Shown here piece by piece: positions 1-8,244 of a stretch of 32,000 nt of DNA (positions are counted from its first letter, which is position 1; every line of letters begins with the position of its first letter). This DNA is from Pseudoalteromonas tetraodonis (GTDB taxonomy: Bacteria; Pseudomonadota; Gammaproteobacteria; Enterobacterales; Alteromonadaceae), in contig NZ_CP011041.1 of the NCBI RefSeq assembly GCF_002310835.1, positions 3,300,001 through 3,332,000 on the forward strand, read 5' to 3'. The translations under genes were made by a program, and so were the position numbers. The notes beneath the pieces were generated by a model that ran no database searches, was not told the DNA's origin, and saw nothing but the letters and a program-made list of their open reading frames with translations.

Positions 1-828
1 ATAACAGCCGTGCCGTTTGGTAACGGTCCTTATAATTCCCACAGCTACTTTTTTAGCACTAACTACTATGTTGGCCTAGAAGATGATTTTGATTTAGGTG
101 TGGTTGCTAAGCGCAAACTTAAAGACAACTGGACACTTGATTTAGGCTTTTTCAAAAATGATGAACTGGGTGGAGTTGATGGCTCAGCATCAGACAAAAA
201 TCATCGTTACTCTTATGATATTGTTGGTAGTCGCCCTGCAGATGAAGGCACCTATGCCGAGCCAGCAAAGCAACTTGGTGAATACAACACCTTTGCTGGT
301 CGCGCTACTTATCAGCTTGAGCATAGTAAAAATATCACAACTGACATCGGGGTATCGTTACTCAGTGGTGGACTTCACGACGGTGAAGACCGCGCTGGTA
401 ATTACAGTGCTTGGGCTGTTCACTTAAACAGCAACATTAATAACTGGAATATTCAATTGCAACACGGTGAATATGACTACGACTTAGACGATGGTAATAA
501 CCGCTTTGCGGTGGGTGCTTTTGACTATTATGACAGTGTATCGAGCCAAGCCACAATGACCAACTTTAATATTGCCTATGACTACGCACTAGAATGGGGC
601 CCAGTTACCAACCTGCAGTTTTATAACGACTATGGGATCATCTACAACAAGTCAGATAATAGCGCCAATACTTGGATGAATGTAACCGGTATGAGCATTA
701 CTGCTGGCGGATTCTTTAGTTATGTTGATTTCGTACAAGCCCGCAATCAACCCTTTATTGGCGGTACCATTATTGGTGATGGCGATACCGAGCGCCGTTT
801 TAATATTAATTTAGGCTATTACTTTTAA
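1..828 (+). CDS. Outer-membrane beta-barrel (porin-like) protein, C-terminal part; the 5' end lies upstream of the window
   Basis: Frame 1 is open from base 1, upstream of the listed 10..828 ORF. The sequence is Y/G/N/D-rich with alternating strands and ends ...NINLGYYF, a C-terminal Phe typical of OMP barrels. A strong hairpin follows. Confidence 0.6.
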   Translation: MTAVPFGNGPYNSHSYFFSTNYYVGLEDDFDLGVVAKRKLKDNWTLDLGFFKNDELGGVDGSASDKNHRYSYDIVGSRPADEGTYAEPAKQLGEYNTFAGRATYQLEHSKNITTDIGVSLLSGGLHDGEDRAGNYSAWAVHLNSNINNWNIQLQHGEYDYDLDDGNNRFAVGAFDYYDSVSSQATMTNFNIAYDYALEWGPVTNLQFYNDYGIIYNKSDNSANTWMNVTGMSITAGGFFSYVDFVQARNQPFIGGTIIGDGDTERRFNINLGYYF

Positions 829-869
829 TAGGTAGTGCAATCAGGAAATTCTTTTCCTTTGCTAACCCT

Positions 870-910
870 AAATGGCTTAGTTGATAACATGCAACTAAGC
901 CATTTTCTCT
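870..910 (+). terminator. Rho-independent terminator candidate after the porin-like gene
   Basis: A perfect 13-bp stem (aaatggcttagtt at 870-882, aactaagccattt at 893-905) with a 10-nt loop, followed by a T-rich tail. Confidence 0.6.
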
Positions 911-970
911 TCATTTTACCTTTTAATTAGCTTACCCTTTTACCGTTTAATTAATTAAAAAAGAGCTAAA

Positions 971-1366
971 GTGAGCATAAAAAACGTTTTTATTTATTAT
1001 AAAAATTTCGGCTTTAAATTGCTGGGGCTACTGTGTGTATTACTGGGCATTATTGGTGTTGCCCTACCGGTTATGCCAACCACGCCGTTTTTAATTTTAG
1101 CCTTAGCCTGTTTTGCTCGCTCATCCGTGGCGCTTGAGTCTTGGCTATTAAACCACCCTCGCTTTGGCACAACATTACAACATTGGCGCGCCCATCAAGT
1201 GGTTCCTGTAAAGGCAAAGTATGCTGCGGGTATAGGTATGCTAATAGGCTTTATATTTTTATTATACAACAGCCCTCCAGCTTGGATTATTGCCCTAGTG
1301 GCTGTTGTTGAAGTGCTGGTTATGGCTTACTTAATTTCTAAGCCCTCAGCTCCTCCTAAAAAATAA
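971..1366 (+). CDS. ybaN: DUF454 inner-membrane protein YbaN
   Basis: GTG start preceded by AAGAG. It closely resembles E. coli YbaN as I remember it, including LPVMPTTPFLILALACFARSS. Multiple TM helices. Confidence 0.85.
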   Translation: MSIKNVFIYYKNFGFKLLGLLCVLLGIIGVALPVMPTTPFLILALACFARSSVALESWLLNHPRFGTTLQHWRAHQVVPVKAKYAAGIGMLIGFIFLLYNSPPAWIIALVAVVEVLVMAYLISKPSAPPKK

Positions 1367-1397
1367 AGTGTAAAGTTTGGTAAATAAATTTGTAACA

Positions 1398-1416
1398 GCT
1401 AATGCAAATCATTATC
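1398..1416 (+). promoter_or_regulatory. Fur box candidate upstream of the PepSY-TM/DUF2271/DUF4198 operon
   Basis: GCTAATGCAAATCATTATC matches the 19-bp Fur consensus GATAATGATAATCATTATC at 16 of 19 positions. It lies 33 bp upstream of ATG 1449. Confidence 0.6.
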
Positions 1417-1448
1417 ATCCGTATAAATTAAATAACCCAGCTCCTTTT

Positions 1449-2081
1449 ATGCCCTTTGTTAATAAACGCACTTTATATAGTACAAGTCGTACCCTACATA
1501 TCTATATTTCCACCGCTTTGTTTTTTTTACTTATTCTATTTTGTGTAAGCGGTATAGTGCTAAACCATGTTGACTGGTTAAAAAACGATAAAAAAAATGG
1601 CCAAATTACGGTCCAAATCCCCCAAGATCTGCTTACTCAAGCAAATACACAATTAAATAGCCTGCCTGCTATTTATCCCCAAATAGAAGCTTATTTAGCC
1701 AAACACTATGGGCTTAATAAAGTGAAAAGCATTGAATGGGAAAAGCAAGATTCACTGGTTATGCTCGACTACCCATTACCAGCAGGCTATGCCTATGCAG
1801 AGTTTGATTTTATCAGTGGCGAATTGTTGCTCGATTATCAAACCGGTGGTTTTTTAAGTGTTATCAGCGATTTACACAAAGGTCGTCACTCAGGAGAAGT
1901 ATGGAGCTGGGTTATTGATATATCAGCGGTGCTGATGATTCTATTTGCCATCACCGGCATGATTATTTTATTTCAAAACAGAAAAAAACGCTTAGCAGGA
2001 ATATGGATAACCGTATTAGGAATCGCAACACCATTGGTTATTTATTTATGCTGGGTTCCACAAATTAAAGGAGTGTTTTAA
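1449..2081 (+). CDS. PepSY-associated TM-helix (PepSY_TM-like) membrane protein
   Basis: The track ORF starts at TTG 1377, but the Fur-box-like site sits inside that extension, so ATG 1449 (MPFVNKR...) is the likelier start. Layout is TM helix, periplasmic segment, then DLHKGRHSGEVWSW followed by TM helices. The stop overlaps the next start (TAATG at 2079-2083). Confidence 0.55.
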   Translation: MPFVNKRTLYSTSRTLHIYISTALFFLLILFCVSGIVLNHVDWLKNDKKNGQITVQIPQDLLTQANTQLNSLPAIYPQIEAYLAKHYGLNKVKSIEWEKQDSLVMLDYPLPAGYAYAEFDFISGELLLDYQTGGFLSVISDLHKGRHSGEVWSWVIDISAVLMILFAITGMIILFQNRKKRLAGIWITVLGIATPLVIYLCWVPQIKGVF

Positions 2082-2590
2082 TGTTCAAGTTTAAATCTTT
2101 AATTAGCACCGTATTGCTGTTAATTGCCGTGTGTTTTCACACTTCGGTGGCAGCGCAATCACCCCAATTAGAAATCGAATTAACTTTACCTGAGTTAGAT
2201 GTGCAGCCCTATCATCGACCTTATGTTGCTGTTTGGCTCGAAACACCAGAGCGTAAACATGTCACAACTTTAGCGCTTTGGGTACAAAAAGCGGAATGGT
2301 TTAAAGACCTACGCCAATGGTGGCGTAAAGCAGGTAAAAGTGATGCAAACTTCGATGGGGTTAGTAGCGCAACCAAACGCGCAGGCACTTATACCATTAA
2401 TTGGGACGGAAACGATCTTAATGGCAAATCAGTTATCGCAGGAAAATACCTGTTAAATGTTGAAGTTGTTCGTGAAGAAGGCGGGCGTGATTACAGCCGT
2501 ATTGAGCTTGATTTAACCCAATCAGGAAAAATAACCATTGATGGCAAAAACGAATTTTCAACCAGCTTTGTCACTGTATCCGCTAGGTAG
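2081..2590 (+). CDS. DUF2271 periplasmic protein
   Basis: Signal peptide (...CFHTSVAAQ). YHRPYVAVWLE is the motif I associate with DUF2271. Contains DGVSSAT (nt 2354-2374). Translationally coupled to the upstream gene. Confidence 0.65.
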   Translation: MFKFKSLISTVLLLIAVCFHTSVAAQSPQLEIELTLPELDVQPYHRPYVAVWLETPERKHVTTLALWVQKAEWFKDLRQWWRKAGKSDANFDGVSSATKRAGTYTINWDGNDLNGKSVIAGKYLLNVEVVREEGGRDYSRIELDLTQSGKITIDGKNEFSTSFVTVSAR

Positions 2591-2624
2591 TCCCTACTTA
2601 TCATTCAAATTTAAAGGAAAAATA

Positions 2625-3470
2625 ATGAACGTTAATTTATTAAAAACAGCACTCATTGGCGCACTGAGTTTATCAGCGCTGGTATCAACAGCTGCAAGTG
2701 CACATGGCCGCTGGTTACTACCTTCGCATACCTCGCTATCAGGGGATAAAGCCCATTATGTAATGATTGATGCGAGTATTTCTAACGAAATTTTTGCACC
2801 TGATAAAGCATTTCGTCCAAGCACAAAAGGCGCAGAGTACGACGATACTCTGCTTATGGCACTTGCCCCAAATGGCGAGCAAGTTACCGATACCATTCGT
2901 GCCTATTACCTACAACGCAAAAGCTCTGCTGCAGTAAAACTTCAGCAACAAGGCACCTATCATATTGCGATGACGCAAAAACCTATGTACATGACATTCT
3001 ACAAAAATACAGCAGGTGAGCGAAGCCGTGTATTCGCCAAAAAAGCAGATGCCAATCTACCTAAAGACGCCAGCGACATCACTACAATTAAAACCATCTC
3101 TACTGTTGATACCTTTGTTAGTCATAATGGTACCTCTAAACCAGCACAATTAGGTCAAGGCTTAGAGCTTAGCGGCCCAACGCATCCAAACGATTTATTT
3201 GTTGGCGAGCAAGCGCGCTTTCAGCTAATAAGCGATGGAAAGCCGGTTGGCGAAGGCATTGAAATAAGCATTTTAAAAGGTGATACACGCTACCGTAACG
3301 AACGTGGCGAAATAAAAGTAACGACCGACAAAAACGGCATGTTTAGCACAACGTGGAAAGAGCCAGGCCTATACCTAATCGAAACCTCTCAAAAAGTGAC
3401 AGTAAACGAAAAAGATGTAGACGCCAGCCGCTATGTATTATTTACCACCCTTGAAGTAGCACCTGAATAA
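2625..3470 (+). CDS. DUF4198 periplasmic protein (NikM/CbiM-N-like fold family)
   Basis: The track ORF begins at 2538 inside the previous gene. ATG 2625 has an AAAGGAAA RBS and gives a clean signal peptide ending ...TAASA, followed by HGRWLLP, which resembles the AH-xx-WL-x-P N-terminus typical of DUF4198. Confidence 0.6.
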   Translation: MNVNLLKTALIGALSLSALVSTAASAHGRWLLPSHTSLSGDKAHYVMIDASISNEIFAPDKAFRPSTKGAEYDDTLLMALAPNGEQVTDTIRAYYLQRKSSAAVKLQQQGTYHIAMTQKPMYMTFYKNTAGERSRVFAKKADANLPKDASDITTIKTISTVDTFVSHNGTSKPAQLGQGLELSGPTHPNDLFVGEQARFQLISDGKPVGEGIEISILKGDTRYRNERGEIKVTTDKNGMFSTTWKEPGLYLIETSQKVTVNEKDVDASRYVLFTTLEVAPE

Positions 3471-3482
3471 ATTTTTAATTCC

Positions 3483-3520
3483 CTACAGGCCACATTAATC
3501 GTTTGGCCTGTAGCTTCTTT
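3483..3520 (+). terminator. Rho-independent terminator after the DUF4198 gene
   Basis: A perfect 10-bp stem (ctacaggcca at 3483-3492, tggcctgtag at 3504-3513), followed by cttcttt. Confidence 0.7.
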
Positions 3521-3745
3521 ATAATTAAACCCCTTTAGCAAAGCTTTAAAGCAAGTTAGTCTTTTTCGCTGCCTAAATAAGCATAATCCTATATTTTAGC
3601 CTCCTTGTCTGTTCCTATTTCAATCTATTATTCCGATCACTTATTTTTATGAAAATAGTTGAATAACTTAGTCAATTTAGATCTTTGCGATGCATTAGCC
3701 GCTTATATATGATGCGCCCTTTTCAAAATCTTCAAGGCACGCTCA

Positions 3746-6280
3746 ATGACTTTTCAGCATTTATCAGCTAATAAAAAATTAGCACTTAGCTTGGCTATTA
3801 CCACCGCACTTAGCGCCTCTTTTTCAGCTGCTAATGCGGCTGAGCAAACTAACCAAGTCGAAGAAAATATCGAAGTAATTTCAGTAACAGGCACGCGCCG
3901 CAGTTTGCGTAGTATTGCGCAAAGTACTGTGCCTGTAGATATTATTAGCAGTGACGATATGGCAAGTACGGGGCAACTTGAAATTAGCCAAGTGCTCGCT
4001 AACCAAGTCCCGAGCTTTAACTACCCAAGTGCCACACTCTCTGATGGCACCGATCATGCTCGCCCAGCGGTTTTAAGAGGCCTTGCACCCGATCACACCT
4101 TAGTCCTTATTAACGGTAAGCGTCGCCACTCTGGTGCGTTATTAAACTTAGGGGGTACGGTTGGTCGCGGCTCTACCGCGGTTGATTTAAACATGATCCC
4201 AACCTCTGCAATTAAGCGTGTTGAAGTACTGCGCGATGGGGCTGCAGCACAATATGGCTCTGACGCCATTGCGGGAGTAATCAATATTGTTTTAAAAGAT
4301 GCCACCGAAGGCGGCAGTGTTAGCGTAACTTATGGCCAATACGACAGCCAAATGGCCGGTGTACCGCAACTAAATAGCACTTATGCGGATGATAACGGCA
4401 ACCTTGCATTTAATTTAGGCGACGATCGTCACGTTAACGACGGTAGTACCCGCACAATTAGCGCAAACTCAGGTTTTTCATTAACAGACAATGGTTTTGT
4501 AAATGTATCAATTGAATACCGTGATAACGACTCAACTCAACGCTCTGGTTTTGATCCGCGCGAACAATACAGCCGCCTAGATGATGGCAGCCTAGACCCA
4601 CGCGAATTTACAATTGATCGCTACAATCACCGTTTTGGTAAAGCAGCGCTGGAAGACTACGCTTTGTTTTACAATATGGGATACGATTTAGAGAATGGCT
4701 TTAATGTTTATTCGTTTGGTAGCTATTCAGAGCGTGAAGGTAACTCGGGCGGATTTTACCGTCGTGCAAAAGACAGCCGCAATGTTTTAGAGCTATACCC
4801 AAATGGCTTTTTGCCACAAATTGCTACCGACGTAAAAGATTACTCGCTGGCACTTGGTTTACAAGGCGATAGTGGCGACTGGACTTGGGATGTAAGCACC
4901 AACTACGGCCGAAATGACTTTGGTTTAGGGGTTGTAAATAGCCTAAATACTTCTTTAGGTACTAACAGCCAAACTGAGTTTGATAACGGCGCCATGGTTT
5001 ACGATCAATTTTTAGTTAATTTTGATGCCAATACCAGCGTTGATTTTGGTCTACCCGATGATGTGTTTTTCACTATTGGTGCTGAATACCGCCGTGAAAG
5101 CTATAAAATAGAGCAAGGCGAAGAAGCCTCTTATATTACTGCGCTTGATAACAACGGTAACCCAATTGCTGCTGGCGGTGCGCAAGTGCTTCCTGGGTTT
5201 GGGCCGCAAAGCGCAACCAATGAAAGTCGTCATAATGTTGCTGTATTTGCTGAATTTGATACTTACTTAACTGATAAATGGAATGTTGTTTTAGCCAGTC
5301 GCTATGAAGATTACAGCGATTTTGGTAACACATTTACTTCAAAATTAGCCACGCGTTACAGTATTAACGACAACCTATCGTTACGTGGTGCGGCAAGTAC
5401 TGGCTTTCGTGCGCCGTCACTTGCACAAAGCTCGTACCGTCAAATATCGACTATTCTCGAAAATAACCAGCCTTTTGAAGTTGGTCTATTCCCAAGCTCT
5501 GCTCCTGCAGCGCAAGCGTTAGGTGCAAAACAGCTCGATGCAGAAGACTCAGTTAACGTTACCGCTGGATTTGTTTACACTCAAGGTGGCTTTAGCTTAA
5601 CAGTTGATGCGTATCGCATTGATATTGATGACCGGATTGTACTCTCTGAAAACTTAAGCGGTAACGCTGTGCAGCAAATTCTAGCGAATGCTGGCGAGCT
5701 AAATACCGAAAGTGTTCGTTACTTTACCAACGCCATCAATTCGCGCACGCAAGGTGTTGATATTGTGGCAACGTACACACTTGATTTAAATACATTGGGT
5801 GATGTGCGCTTAAATGCGGCGGCAAACATTAACGATACCGAAGTGACTCATGTAGATGCAAACCCGAGCGAGCTAAATTCTTTAGGCGATGACTACGTGG
5901 TATTTGCCCGTCGTGAAGTAGGCCGTTTTGAGCAAGGCACACCCGATAACAAACTAAACCTATCGGCTGTTTGGAGCTTTAACCAATGGCAAACAACCTT
6001 GCGTGCAACTCGCTATGGGGAAGTGGCAGATATTTCAACCACCAGCGAGGGTGATGAATATTTAGATGCTAAATGGATTGCCGATTTAGAAGTCGCTTAT
6101 CGTCCTAACGAAGCGTGGAAATTTGCAGTGGGTGCAAATAACTTGTTCGATCAGTACCCTCAAGCAACGGTAGATAATATTGGCTACTCTAACTTTGGCC
6201 AAATATTTCCGTACACGCCTTACACACCCTACAGTTTAGATGGGCGCTTTTTATACGGTAACATTACTTACAATTTTTAA
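3746..6280 (+). CDS. TonB-dependent outer-membrane receptor (substrate unknown)
   Basis: Signal peptide ending ANAAEQ. Plug-domain motifs (IEVISVTGTRR, RGLAPDHTLVLINGKRR, IKRVEVLRDGAAAQYGSDAIAGVINIVLK). A long barrel ending NITYNF with terminal Phe. Confidence 0.9.
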   Translation: MTFQHLSANKKLALSLAITTALSASFSAANAAEQTNQVEENIEVISVTGTRRSLRSIAQSTVPVDIISSDDMASTGQLEISQVLANQVPSFNYPSATLSDGTDHARPAVLRGLAPDHTLVLINGKRRHSGALLNLGGTVGRGSTAVDLNMIPTSAIKRVEVLRDGAAAQYGSDAIAGVINIVLKDATEGGSVSVTYGQYDSQMAGVPQLNSTYADDNGNLAFNLGDDRHVNDGSTRTISANSGFSLTDNGFVNVSIEYRDNDSTQRSGFDPREQYSRLDDGSLDPREFTIDRYNHRFGKAALEDYALFYNMGYDLENGFNVYSFGSYSEREGNSGGFYRRAKDSRNVLELYPNGFLPQIATDVKDYSLALGLQGDSGDWTWDVSTNYGRNDFGLGVVNSLNTSLGTNSQTEFDNGAMVYDQFLVNFDANTSVDFGLPDDVFFTIGAEYRRESYKIEQGEEASYITALDNNGNPIAAGGAQVLPGFGPQSATNESRHNVAVFAEFDTYLTDKWNVVLASRYEDYSDFGNTFTSKLATRYSINDNLSLRGAASTGFRAPSLAQSSYRQISTILENNQPFEVGLFPSSAPAAQALGAKQLDAEDSVNVTAGFVYTQGGFSLTVDAYRIDIDDRIVLSENLSGNAVQQILANAGELNTESVRYFTNAINSRTQGVDIVATYTLDLNTLGDVRLNAAANINDTEVTHVDANPSELNSLGDDYVVFARREVGRFEQGTPDNKLNLSAVWSFNQWQTTLRATRYGEVADISTTSEGDEYLDAKWIADLEVAYRPNEAWKFAVGANNLFDQYPQATVDNIGYSNFGQIFPYTPYTPYSLDGRFLYGNITYNF

Positions 6281-6313
6281 GTAAAACGCCCATTAACAAT
6301 AGAGTAATTACAA

Positions 6314-6340
6314 AAGGATGCAGTGTGCATCCTTTTTATT
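6314..6340 (+). terminator. Rho-independent terminator after the TBDR gene
   Basis: Stem ggatgca (6316-6322) and tgcatcc (6326-6332), 3-nt loop, then TTTTT (6333-6337). Confidence 0.7.
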
Positions 6341-6487
6341 AACATTTAGTATTTTTAACCATATTTTAGCATTTTAACTTTTTAACTACTGCTGCCATCT
6401 CATATAAAACAACAACTTACATTTCGGCCTCAATTTTGCTCTATACTTTGTATATTAACTAAAATAATCAATATCAAAGGACTAAAC

Positions 6488-7378
6488 ATGAGCGCATCAA
6501 CTCTATTCAACTTCACTAAGCCCGTTTCACTAATTAGCGGCATTTTATTACTCAGCGGTTGTGTATTTCACATATCGCCCAGTGTCGCATCAGTTAAACA
6601 AACCCAGCAGCTTTCACTACCAAGCAATAACCTTGAGCACCTAACGATATTAAGTGGTGCCGGTTCGCTCGATATTCAGGGCTCTAATACTGCAACCAAT
6701 ATTAGCGTTGATGCCATCATCTACACCGCCGACATTGACGATGAATACGAACTCACCCTTGAGAAAAGCGGTACACAAGCAAAACTTGTTGCACAAAATA
6801 CAAGTAATAATGGGATTAGCTTTTACAGCGGGCAATCACCAAGTATCAATTTAGTTGTTACCGTACCTAACACCCTAAATTTAGATATTAACGACGGCTC
6901 AGGCGATATTGTTATTAACGAGATGCAAAGCAATATTGATGTAAAAGATGGTTCTGGCAGCTTATCTATCAATGGTGCTAAAAGCCTAAATATTGATGAT
7001 GGCTCGGGCAGTATTTACGTAAAAAATGTGGTCGGCGACTTAGTATTAAATGACGGCTCAGGCAGCATTGATATTGATAATGTCAGTGGTAATGTCGCTA
7101 TTGAAGATGGCTCGGGCGAAATGCAAGTGACTAACGTAACAGGCGTATTAAATGTTGAAGATGGCTCGGGCGGCATAACTATTAAACATATTAAAGGCGC
7201 AGTCACCGTAGACGATAACTCAGGAGATATGTTGATTGAACATATTGGCTCAAGCGTGACGATTGAAGATGGCTCTGGCGATATTCGCGTTAATTACGCT
7301 AAAGGGCTAACAATTACAGAAGCAGGCTCTGGCGATGTTAGTATCGATAATATCTCTGGTTCAGTAAAGCTAGACTAA
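6488..7378 (+). CDS. Lipoprotein with a DGSG-type beta-solenoid repeat domain (DUF4097 / putative-adhesin-like)
   Basis: Lipobox LLLSG|C at residues 21-25. The C-terminal two thirds consist of consecutive 18-aa units with a DGSG(D/S)I core. Confidence 0.65.
   Translation: MSASTLFNFTKPVSLISGILLLSGCVFHISPSVASVKQTQQLSLPSNNLEHLTILSGAGSLDIQGSNTATNISVDAIIYTADIDDEYELTLEKSGTQAKLVAQNTSNNGISFYSGQSPSINLVVTVPNTLNLDINDGSGDIVINEMQSNIDVKDGSGSLSINGAKSLNIDDGSGSIYVKNVVGDLVLNDGSGSIDIDNVSGNVAIEDGSGEMQVTNVTGVLNVEDGSGGITIKHIKGAVTVDDNSGDMLIEHIGSSVTIEDGSGDIRVNYAKGLTITEAGSGDVSIDNISGSVKLD
6893..7375 (+). repeat. Nine tandem in-frame repeats of about 54 bp (18 aa) inside the lipoprotein gene
   Basis: Units read from the translation: DGSGDIVINEMQSNIDVK, DGSGSLSINGAKSLNID, DGSGSIYVKNVVGDLVLN, DGSGSIDIDNVSGNVAIE, DGSGEMQVTNVTGVLNVE, DGSGGITIKHIKGAVTVD, DNSGDMLIEHIGSSVTIE, DGSGDIRVNYAKGLTITE, AGSGDVSIDNISGSVKLD. 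Confidence 0.85.
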
Positions 7379-7406
7379 TAATCTAATCTTATTTTTAAAT
7401 CATATA

Positions 7407-7437
7407 AAACGGTCAATTAATTGACCGTTTTTGGTTT
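7407..7437. terminator. Bidirectional terminator between convergent genes
   Basis: A 10-bp perfect stem (aaacggtcaa at 7407-7416, ttgaccgttt at 7421-7430) flanked by an A-run and a T-run. The stop codon of the minus-strand gene sits in the loop. Confidence 0.65.
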
Positions 7438-7941
7438 TGTATAATCAATGGTGTGGTCACAACTGCCATCGTTTTCACAATCATTTATTCCATCGCCATC
7501 GCTATCCCAGCTTGGGTGCATAGTTTTTACAGGCACGGCTACACCTGCATGTTTAATGATGGTTAACTTATAATCACTTGTTTCACCACGTCTCGCTGCA
7601 TTACGCATTAAATAAACTCGCACAATATAATCTCCATCTGTGCTGAGTTGATATTTAGCTTCATGCCCTTCTATTGAGCCAATAAATACGGCTTCATTAC
7701 TGTCTAAGGGCAAAATATTAAAGTAGTTACTTAAATTTGAAGGAGTCAGAGTCACATTCAGGATATCACCTGCTTTTGCACTAACTAAATAGTCATTAAA
7801 TTCATCACCAGTAATTTGCTGTTCAAGCTCAGCTCGCTGTGGTTCAAACTCAACCTTGTACTGTTGAGCTTGCACCGTTTGTGTAAACACCGCAGCAAAC
7901 ACAGTGGTCAGCATAATTTTTAAAAGCAGCTTAATACTCAT
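7417..7941 (-). CDS. Small secreted protein of unknown function with an Asp/Cys-rich C-terminal tail
   Basis: The track start at 8052 adds 37 aa with no signal peptide. ATG at 7941 has an AGGAA RBS and gives the signal peptide MSIKLLLKIMLTTVFAAVFTQTVQA|QQ. The tail is WDSDGDGINDCENDGSCDH. Confidence 0.6.
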   Translation of the reverse strand: MSIKLLLKIMLTTVFAAVFTQTVQAQQYKVEFEPQRAELEQQITGDEFNDYLVSAKAGDILNVTLTPSNLSNYFNILPLDSNEAVFIGSIEGHEAKYQLSTDGDYIVRVYLMRNAARRGETSDYKLTIIKHAGVAVPVKTMHPSWDSDGDGINDCENDGSCDHTIDYTKPKTVN

Positions 7942-8244
7942 TTTAGTTCCTATAAAAAACATATTATTAAATTTAATGGTACACAATAAAGTAATACCAA
8001 TTCGCTTAATTAAGTGAGCTATTTTGAGGGAAGGCAATCGTGTCGATAGCAAGGTAAAACTTTGTTATTTAGTTGTTCTAAAAGAGAAGTTTTTAACGCA
8101 ACTAACATCTGGTTTACCCGTTCAAAATGATTAAATAGTATTGCGGATTAGTATGCGTTAATAATGTTTCTTTCACAATTAACTCAAACTTAATTTATAG
8201 TAGTATCAAAATATAAATAACTCCTAACCTCAAGAGAGCACCCC

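Noticed and set aside
3521-3745. Searched for a Fur box upstream of the first TonB-dependent receptor
   Set aside because: The best matches I found (for example AATAAGCATAATCCTATAT) reach only about 11 of 19, which is not distinguishable from AT-rich background. Iron regulation of this receptor is therefore not claimed.
6341-6430. Phased T/A tracts (atttttaacc, attttagc, attttaac, tttttaac) upstream of the solenoid lipoprotein gene
   Set aside because: This is probably just intrinsically curved AT-rich promoter DNA. There is no defined repeat unit or palindrome to support a specific element.
7942-8052. N-terminal extensions in the ORF track (7942..8052, 1377..1448, 2538..2624, 21573..21605, 25530..25592, 21276..21332)
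   Set aside because: Internal ATGs with an RBS give proper signal peptides or ortholog-like N-termini. Some extensions overlap upstream genes or operator sites.
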